Assembly: GCF_000392435.1 (NCBI RefSeq) | Contig: NC_021219.1 | Coordinates: 60,001 to 92,000, forward strand | Source: Candidatus Saccharimonas aalborgensis | GTDB taxonomy: Bacteria > Patescibacteriota > Saccharimonadia > Saccharimonadales > Saccharimonadaceae | Length of the DNA: 32,000 nt | Direction of reading: 5' to 3' | Shown here: positions 25,722 to 32,000 of the stretch, in pieces | Layout: the number at the start of each line of letters is the position of its first letter | Position numbering within the stretch: the first letter of the stretch is position 1 | Translations under genes and position numbers: made by a program | Notes under the pieces: model-generated | What the model was told of the DNA's origin: nothing | The model's database searches: none | Seen by the model: the letters and a program-made list of their open reading frames with translations, nothing else

Positions 25722-25793
25722 CGGCAATTCCTAGCTTGTTATCTCTCAGCTCCCACAGGGGAGTAATTTTATTGTCTTTATTTAGTTGTATGG

Positions 25794-25822
25794 TTGCCTA
25801 GATAACTCTTATGCTTCATAAT
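25794..25822 (+). promoter_or_regulatory. Promoter TTGCCT-17 nt-CATAAT, with the -10 9 nt from the GH13 ATG
   Basis: ttgcct at 25794-25799, cataat at 25817-25822, ATG at 25832. Confidence 0.5.
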
Positions 25823-25831
25823 AGCCAGTAG

Positions 25832-27610
25832 ATGAGTCATCAGATCAAAAAACACTTGGGGGCGATTGTTCGGCATAATGGTGTCGAGTTTCGCGTTTGG
25901 GCGCCATTTGCAAAAAATGTCAAACTCCTTACCCCCTATCTTGGAGTATTTGATGGCAGCAATACCTACGATATGCTCAGCGAGAATGACGGATACTGGT
26001 CAGCATTCGTCAAAGATGCAGAAGTCGGCCAAAATTATAAGTTTTTGATCGACACCGGCAATGAGCTGCTGACAAAAAATGACCCGCGCGGACGCGCACT
26101 CACCGCAAGCGACAATGGCGTATCGGTGGTCGTTGGGTCAGATTTCGACTGGGGCGACGACCTTTTCATGCCAATTCCAAGGGAGCAGCAGATTATCTAC
26201 GAACTTCATATCGGCACCTTTAATCGCCGCGACCCCGCTACGACCGGCACCTTCTACGATGCAATCGAAAAACTTGACTACCTCCTAGACCTCGGCATCA
26301 ACATGATCGAGGTCATGCCGGTTACCAGCATGGCGTATAGCAACGGCTGGGGCTACAACGTCACCGACGTATTTTCGATCGAAAATGCCTATGGCGGGCG
26401 CCATGGACTTATGGAGTTTGTTAAAGCCTGCCATATGAGAGGTATCGGTGTCATTATTGACGTGGTGTACAACCATTTCATGAGCGGCGACCTATGGCGT
26501 TTCGATGGATGGTATGAAAACGACCGTGGTGGCATCTACTTCTACAACGACTGGCGAGGCGATACTCCCTGGGGCGCACGACCTGACTATGGAAGAGCCG
26601 AGGTGCGACAATTTCTGATCGATAGTATCGTGATGTGGTTTAACGAATACCGCGTTGATGGTCTCAGGCTTGATAGCACGGCTTATATGCGCAACACGCT
26701 CGGCTACAATGATGATCCCGCCCATGATGTCGATGGCGCCTGGAGCCTCATGCAGGATATTACTGATGTGGCGCACAGGATACGGCCCGGCTCCATCGTT
26801 ATCGCAGAAGACACCTCGGGCAATGACTATATAACGAAGCAGCGCCAGGATGGTGGATGTGGGTTTGACGCGCAGTGGGGTATTCCTTTTCCACACGCTA
26901 TCCGGAAAATGCTCGGACTTGGTACCTCATGGCCAGTTGATCTCGGTGAGCAACTGCTTCGAGCGTATAATGGTGATGTCTTTCAACGCGTTATCTTTAG
27001 TGACTCTCACGATACCGCAGCCAATGGCTCAACCCGCATTACCAGCGCTATTTCACCAGAAAATCCCAATAGCACGAGGGTGCGTCAGGACACAATTATT
27101 GCGTCAGCAATCACCCTTACGTCACCCGGTATTCCTATGCTACTTCAAGGCCAGGAGTTTTTGCAGGAGGGTGCATTCACTGATTGGCAAGTGCTCGAAT
27201 GGGAAAAAACTGAGCAATTCGCCGGCATCGTGAAAGCCCACCAAGACATCATCGACCTCCGCAAAAATACCTACGGCAATACAAGTGGGCTACTTGGGCA
27301 ATCAGTTAGAGTGTTTCATAGAAACGATCAGGGCCAAGTGTTTGGTTATCATCGCTGGAGCCGAGGCGGGCCAGGCGACGATGTGCTCGTGCTGATTAAT
27401 TTTGGTGATACCGAATATCACGAGTATCATCTAGGCTTTCCGCGCCCAGGTGAGTGGCGAATACGGTTCAACAGCAGCTGGCAAGGCTATAATAGCGACT
27501 TTCCCGAGTTAACTCCGGACAGCGTATCCACCGACGATAGCTGTAATCTCGCCATGGACATCCCAGCACGCAGCGTGCTCATTTTGTCACAAGACGCTAC
27601 TGCTTCTTAA
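25832..27610 (+). CDS. GH13 alpha-glucan enzyme with an N-terminal CBM48-like domain (branching-enzyme or trehalohydrolase-like)
   Basis: GH13 regions DVVYNH, VDGLRLDS, VIAEDTS and FSDSHDT. The N-terminal GVEFRVWAP...DGYW resembles CBM48. Confidence 0.85.
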   Translation: MSHQIKKHLGAIVRHNGVEFRVWAPFAKNVKLLTPYLGVFDGSNTYDMLSENDGYWSAFVKDAEVGQNYKFLIDTGNELLTKNDPRGRALTASDNGVSVVVGSDFDWGDDLFMPIPREQQIIYELHIGTFNRRDPATTGTFYDAIEKLDYLLDLGINMIEVMPVTSMAYSNGWGYNVTDVFSIENAYGGRHGLMEFVKACHMRGIGVIIDVVYNHFMSGDLWRFDGWYENDRGGIYFYNDWRGDTPWGARPDYGRAEVRQFLIDSIVMWFNEYRVDGLRLDSTAYMRNTLGYNDDPAHDVDGAWSLMQDITDVAHRIRPGSIVIAEDTSGNDYITKQRQDGGCGFDAQWGIPFPHAIRKMLGLGTSWPVDLGEQLLRAYNGDVFQRVIFSDSHDTAANGSTRITSAISPENPNSTRVRQDTIIASAITLTSPGIPMLLQGQEFLQEGAFTDWQVLEWEKTEQFAGIVKAHQDIIDLRKNTYGNTSGLLGQSVRVFHRNDQGQVFGYHRWSRGGPGDDVLVLINFGDTEYHEYHLGFPRPGEWRIRFNSSWQGYNSDFPELTPDSVSTDDSCNLAMDIPARSVLILSQDATAS

Positions 27611-28452
27611 TATTCTAGCTCGGCACGTACCGGCCGATGGTCTGATCCGACGTCTCGCCATACTTTATAAGCATGCGTCTTGAAATGGTGCGAACCAAAT
27701 ATCCAGTCAACTTTCGCAAGACGAATCGAAGGAATCCACTCCACTCCGTGTTGCTTGCCCGAGATAGTGAGATGATGACCTGGATCGAGATCGTGAAGCT
27801 GCGAGTGACTCACCATGTAGTCGATGGTGGTCCCGCTGGCCATTTCATGAGCGCGCGATGCAATACTGCGAATCAGATCGTGCGGTGCCCGGCCCACAAC
27901 TGAATGCAACAAACGATTTCGAGCAATACGTGCACTCTGTGATCGGCTTCGCATGGCATTGAAATCCCCCATAACAAGCGTTGGGCAAGCCATCTTTCCG
28001 ATTGCTTGAACCAGGTCTTCGGCTTGCTTGAGACGCATTGTCTCACTGTTATCATCAAGATGGACCCCGATGATTCGCAGTTTTTTGCCGGCAGCGTCAC
28101 GACACGTTACGTCAAGTGCATTGCGGACTCCCCCAAGTCTGAGTGTCGTTGAAGAAACCAATTTACACCGTGTAAAAATAGCAAGTTCATAAGGATAGCT
28201 CTGATTCTTCGTATGATAATAAGCGGGGTCAGGATCATACGGCACCGTGGCGATTTCGTACCCAAGATAATTCATCGTGACGCGTACGTGTTCTGGCATC
28301 GCACCATGCTCCCCGAACTCAGGTATGACCACTATATCTGCGTCGAGTTCCTTTATGACCGCAATGCCATCGTGGTCATTGGCACGAATCGTACCGACGT
28401 GTTCGTCAAACATGCCTTCGGCATTCCACGTCACCACTCTCAGTTTGTTCAT
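27607..28452 (-). CDS. Endonuclease/exonuclease/phosphatase (EEP) family protein
   Basis: Contains [23 protein letters not shown] and GSDHRPV. Its ATG overlaps the uvrB stop by 4 nt. Confidence 0.85.
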   Translation of the reverse strand: MNKLRVVTWNAEGMFDEHVGTIRANDHDGIAVIKELDADIVVIPEFGEHGAMPEHVRVTMNYLGYEIATVPYDPDPAYYHTKNQSYPYELAIFTRCKLVSSTTLRLGGVRNALDVTCRDAAGKKLRIIGVHLDDNSETMRLKQAEDLVQAIGKMACPTLVMGDFNAMRSRSQSARIARNRLLHSVVGRAPHDLIRSIASRAHEMASGTTIDYMVSHSQLHDLDPGHHLTISGKQHGVEWIPSIRLAKVDWIFGSHHFKTHAYKVWRDVGSDHRPVRAELEY

Positions 28453-30419
28453 TTCATCTTTCCTTTGATTTCAGCGATGAGATCACGCAGTTCTGCGGCT
28501 CGTTCAAACTCGAGATTGGCACTGGCGAGACTCATCTGTCCCGTCAAGTCTTTTACGAGGCTCGCATACTCATCTTTCGGTATTTTATTGAGATTGAGTT
28601 TCTTCTCGATTGACTCTTTCTGCGGAATGATGGCACGAAGGCCTTCGTCGATGCTTTTGTCGACACCCCGCGGGGTGATGTCGTGCGCTTCGTTATATTT
28701 TTGCTGAATATCACGTCGGCGATTCGTTTCGCTGATTGCGCGCTTCATGCTGTCGGTCATGACATCGCCGTACATAATCACCGTGCCGTCGACATGCCTG
28801 GCAGCTCGTCCAATTGTCTGTATGAGGCTCCGCTCACTCCTCAAAAATCCTTCTTTGTCCGCGTCGATAATTGCCACGAGTGATACCTCTGGCAGATCAA
28901 GCCCTTCACGAAGTAGGTTGATTCCAACCAACACATCGTATACTCCCATGCGCAAATCACGCAAAATGTCACCTCGCTCCAATGTATCAATATCGCTGTG
29001 GATATAAGCCGTCTTAATACCAAGATCGATGAGATGTGCCGATAGATCCTCGGCCATTCGCTTAGTCAGTGTCGTGACAAGAACACGCTGCTGCTTTGCA
29101 GTTCGTTCACGTATCTCGGAGATCAAATCGTCTATCTGACCTTTGGTTGGGCGTACTTGTATCTCGGGGTCAAGCAACCCTGTCGGTCGAATCACCTGCT
29201 GAGCTGGGGTCGGGCTATGCTCCAGCTCGTAGTCCGCTGGTGTTGCCGAGACGTAAATAACTTGATTAATGTGTTTTTCAAACTCATCAAAACGAAGCGG
29301 TCGGTTGTCGAGCGCGCTCGGTAGCCGGAAACCGTGTTCGACGAGCACTTCTTTGCGGGCGCGGTCACCATTGAACATACCTCTCACTTGAGGCAGCGTC
29401 ACATGGCTCTCGTCGACAAAAAGCAAAAAATCATCGGGGAAATAATCGAGCAATGTGGCGGGCTGCTCACCTGGCTCACGATCAGTCAGGTAGCGGCTAT
29501 AGTTTTCAATTCCCTTAACAAATCCTGTTTCCTCTAGCATTTCAAGATCAAACTTTGTTCGCTGCGACAAGCGCTGTGCTTCGAGATATTTGTCATGCGT
29601 CTCAAACCACGCCAGTCGCTCGTCAAACTCTTTTTTGATGCCTTCGATTGCTCGTTCCACTTTTTGCTTTGGAGTGACGTAGTGGCTTGAAGGAAAAATC
29701 GAAACGGCTTCTGGCTCAGAAATTATTTCGCCAGTAAGCGGATCGATCGTTGTGATGCGTTCAACTTCGTCTCCAAAAAACTCTATTCGTACCGCAATAT
29801 CACTCCCAGCCGGAAAAACATCCACCACATCACCACGCACCCGAAATGTGCCCCGAGCAAAATCTATGTCATTTCGCTTGTACTGAATGTCAGTCAACTG
29901 GCGAACAAACTTATCCTGGAGACGCCGTTCTCCGCGCACGATTTTCATCGACATCTCAGCATAATCATCTGGCGAACCGATACCATAGATGCAGCTGACA
30001 CTCGCCACAATAATGCAATCTCGGCGCGTTAAAAGCGCACTTGTCGCCGCGTGGCGCAAACGATCGATTTCTTCATTGATGGCCGAATCTTTTTCGATGT
30101 ACGTGTCACTGCTCGCAATATATGCCTCGGGCTGATAATAATCAAAGTAACTGACAAAATAATGCACTTCGTTATCAGGGAAAAACTGCTTGAACTCACT
30201 AAATAATTGCGCTGCAAGCGTCTTGTTGTGGGCCAATACTAGTATCGGTACATTTCGCTTGGCAATGATATTTGCCATGGTGAAAGTTTTGCCACTCCCC
30301 GTCACACCGAGTAGGGTTTGTTGACGCGTTCCTGCGTCGAGTCCGGCCAGCAATTGAGTAATAGCCGTCGGCTGATCCCCAGTCGGTTTATAGGGCGAAG
30401 AAAGCTGAAATATATCCAC
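28449..30419 (-). CDS. uvrB: Excinuclease ABC subunit B
   Basis: Walker [13 protein letters not shown], helicase motifs, and the C-terminal UVR domain [16 protein letters not shown] start 6 nt after TATAAT. Confidence 0.96.
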   Translation of the reverse strand: MDIFQLSSPYKPTGDQPTAITQLLAGLDAGTRQQTLLGVTGSGKTFTMANIIAKRNVPILVLAHNKTLAAQLFSEFKQFFPDNEVHYFVSYFDYYQPEAYIASSDTYIEKDSAINEEIDRLRHAATSALLTRRDCIIVASVSCIYGIGSPDDYAEMSMKIVRGERRLQDKFVRQLTDIQYKRNDIDFARGTFRVRGDVVDVFPAGSDIAVRIEFFGDEVERITTIDPLTGEIISEPEAVSIFPSSHYVTPKQKVERAIEGIKKEFDERLAWFETHDKYLEAQRLSQRTKFDLEMLEETGFVKGIENYSRYLTDREPGEQPATLLDYFPDDFLLFVDESHVTLPQVRGMFNGDRARKEVLVEHGFRLPSALDNRPLRFDEFEKHINQVIYVSATPADYELEHSPTPAQQVIRPTGLLDPEIQVRPTKGQIDDLISEIRERTAKQQRVLVTTLTKRMAEDLSAHLIDLGIKTAYIHSDIDTLERGDILRDLRMGVYDVLVGINLLREGLDLPEVSLVAIIDADKEGFLRSERSLIQTIGRAARHVDGTVIMYGDVMTDSMKRAISETNRRRDIQQKYNEAHDITPRGVDKSIDEGLRAIIPQKESIEKKLNLNKIPKDEYASLVKDLTGQMSLASANLEFERAAELRDLIAEIKGKMK

Positions 30420-30442
30420 TCAACTATTATACGCGATCGAGC

Positions 30443-31228
30443 TTACTTGTAGTGAGCACTACGGAGAATATCGTAGGCCTTGTTCATGTCACTTGTGTTC
30501 AGGCTGTCAAACGCAGCAGTTTTCGTATCGTATTTTGGTAAACTCGATGTTCCACCAAATCCTACCGAGCTAAATGAAAGCTGGCCATGTGCGCCATTAC
30601 CATAATCCAGTTTCTTACCGCTAATGAGTGGCGTATACCCAAATCCACAGTTCTGCGTTTCGCCCAAGTTTGTTAGTTCTTTTGCAGTAGTAAGGTACAT
30701 CCCTGCATGGTATTTTCCATCAATACCCTTGCTTACTACTCGAACGGCGTACGCTCTGTCATCTGACCATTCATCCGCATAGCCCGTTAGCTTCGTCGTA
30801 TACACCGACATCACTGAGAGGGGCGATTTATCTTCATCTGAGCATACGCCGCCAATACCGCTAATCCCTGATTCTAGACCCAACACTTTTGTGCCAGTTT
30901 CGTTTCGTATTTCAAGACGATCTATCTTGTACTCTCCTGATAACCGTCCGTCTGTAGGCTGCCCAAGATCAACCACCTTCCAGGTGTCCGGCATAGTGAA
31001 GCAGAGCTGCTCATACGTAGCGCAATATTCTTTCGAAACAACAGTAGTTTTTACTTCGTCCGATTTTGTTGTGTTTGAAACTGTATTTGTTTGTGTGGTT
31101 GATTGTTTGACGATGAAGTTTTGGTAAAATACCACACCGAGTGCCGCCACAAGCGCAACCACAAGGCCGACGATTATGATGACGTGTGCGCTACCGTGTT
31201 GGTCATATCTATTGCTCATTTCACTCAT
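30443..31228 (-). CDS. Membrane-anchored hypothetical protein (261 aa) with a Thr-rich linker and Cys-containing ectodomain
   Basis: Track ORF with TM helix VIIIVGLVVALVAALGVVF. No family recognised. Confidence 0.65.
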   Translation of the reverse strand: MSEMSNRYDQHGSAHVIIIVGLVVALVAALGVVFYQNFIVKQSTTQTNTVSNTTKSDEVKTTVVSKEYCATYEQLCFTMPDTWKVVDLGQPTDGRLSGEYKIDRLEIRNETGTKVLGLESGISGIGGVCSDEDKSPLSVMSVYTTKLTGYADEWSDDRAYAVRVVSKGIDGKYHAGMYLTTAKELTNLGETQNCGFGYTPLISGKKLDYGNGAHGQLSFSSVGFGGTSSLPKYDTKTAAFDSLNTSDMNKAYDILRSAHYK

Positions 31229-31281
31229 GTATCCTATTTATGCTTTTACCATTAGTATACTCTTCGTAATAATGATTACAA

Positions 31282-31902
31282 TTATCCTCTCCGTTTGGTA
31301 TGAATTTCATCGGGAGCTATCTCGTCGCGTGCATAATCAACATCATGAAAATCAGCGTAATGTTTATCGAGCGCCTCTACTACTTTTGATACGAGTCGTT
31401 TTGGATCGGTATCGTATATGACATCCTTTGCTCCTGGAGCTTCGATATATTTGAGAAGCGTTGCGGCATAATCAGCAAGTCCACCGCTGCCGAGCAAAAT
31501 ACCGCATACCTTTCGACTTTCGAGGGCGGTCGCAAACTCGTGCAAGCTTCCCATACGACCACCGACGGTGATAACCGCATCCGCGCTACGCACGAGATGT
31601 ACATCACGACCGACGTATTCCATACTGGTAAAGTTGATGTAGTCAAACTCTTTGGTAGGTAGCCGATAGGTAGCGACGTGTTCTCGGTATGAGCTTGCTG
31701 GTGAAAAGCCGATCGATACACCTTTGGAGTTTTTTACGCTAAAAAAACCTTGCGCCGCATAATGCGGTAACCCCACCGTTGCGCCAGTTAGGAGTGTCTT
31801 ACCCGCCTTTGCAATTTCAGCACCGAGCGCATACGCCAGGTCATGTGCTTCTTTAACTGTCTCGCCAGAGGCTGCCCCCGACACGCATATTTGGTATTTC
31901 AT
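31282..31902 (-). CDS. TIGR00725/SLOG (LOG-like Rossmann) family protein
   Basis: Contains ICVSGAASG, LLTGATVG and VITVGGRMGSLHEF. Its ATG overlaps the stop of the upstream gene (ATGA). Confidence 0.75.
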   Translation of the reverse strand: MKYQICVSGAASGETVKEAHDLAYALGAEIAKAGKTLLTGATVGLPHYAAQGFFSVKNSKGVSIGFSPASSYREHVATYRLPTKEFDYINFTSMEYVGRDVHLVRSADAVITVGGRMGSLHEFATALESRKVCGILLGSGGLADYAATLLKYIEAPGAKDVIYDTDPKRLVSKVVEALDKHYADFHDVDYARDEIAPDEIHTKRRG

Positions 31903-32000
31903 CCGTGAATCTCCTCTGCCTTATACCACTCAGGTGCTTTTGCTATATATTCCTCAACCTCTTTTGGACGCAATAATCCGGCTTGTGCTCCTAGTTGCTG
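31899..32000 (-). CDS. 3' end of an unidentified gene running off the right edge (..QQLGAQAGLLRPKEVEEYIAKAPEWYKAEEIHG*)
   Basis: Open frame from 32000 to a TGA at 31901-31899 that overlaps the next ATG. Too short for the ORF track. Confidence 0.4.
   Translation of the reverse strand, partial: QQLGAQAGLLRPKEVEEYIAKAPEWYKAEEIHG

Larger units (their letters stand above)
25166..25741 (+). other. Inverted-repeat-bounded GC-rich insertion cassette 2 (possible horizontally acquired mini-element)
   Basis: Perfect 15-bp inverted repeats taacaagctaggaat (25166-25180) and attcctagcttgtta (25727-25741). The interior contains a leader hairpin, SD, a GC3-saturated 130-aa ORF and a 17-bp GC hairpin. The right GC boundary coincides with the right repeat. 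Confidence 0.7.

Overview
Compact, gene-dense bacterial chromosome segment of roughly half G+C, with short or overlapping intergenic gaps. Most genes are housekeeping: queA, tgt, a YhhQ-type transporter, pepN, an RNase HII-YraN fusion, rplS, malic enzyme, an FHA-PP2C phosphatase, a PilB/GspE ATPase, a SpoU/TrmH methyltransferase, dnaE, galU, gatCAB, a GH13 glucan enzyme, an EEP nuclease and uvrB. Gene content and style suggest a reduced-genome lineage such as Saccharibacteria/Patescibacteria; this is inference only. I saw no rRNA, tRNA, CRISPR array, transposase or integrase. The unusual content is accessory or non-coding. (1) Small GC-rich genes (four complete plus one tentative partial ORF at the left edge; three are GC3-saturated, the membrane-protein gene and the partial ORF less so) sit in intergenic gaps behind good to consensus AT-rich sigma70-type promoters, and carry long leaders with Shine-Dalgarno sites. 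Two are bounded by perfect 13-bp and 15-bp inverted repeats and share one layout (leader hairpin, SD, small ORF, GC hairpin). Two others each end in the same 57-59-bp terminator module. (2) A GC-rich structured repeat of about 105-120 nt occurs three times, with conserved twin hairpins and copy-specific complementary ends; two copies lie inverted around queA-tgt. (3) Most native first genes have a -10 box 6-9 nt from the start codon, so they look leaderless. (4) A membrane-anchored ORF with a DUF4145/HEPN-like motif is translationally coupled inside gatCAB. All family assignments come from motif recognition by eye, with no database search.
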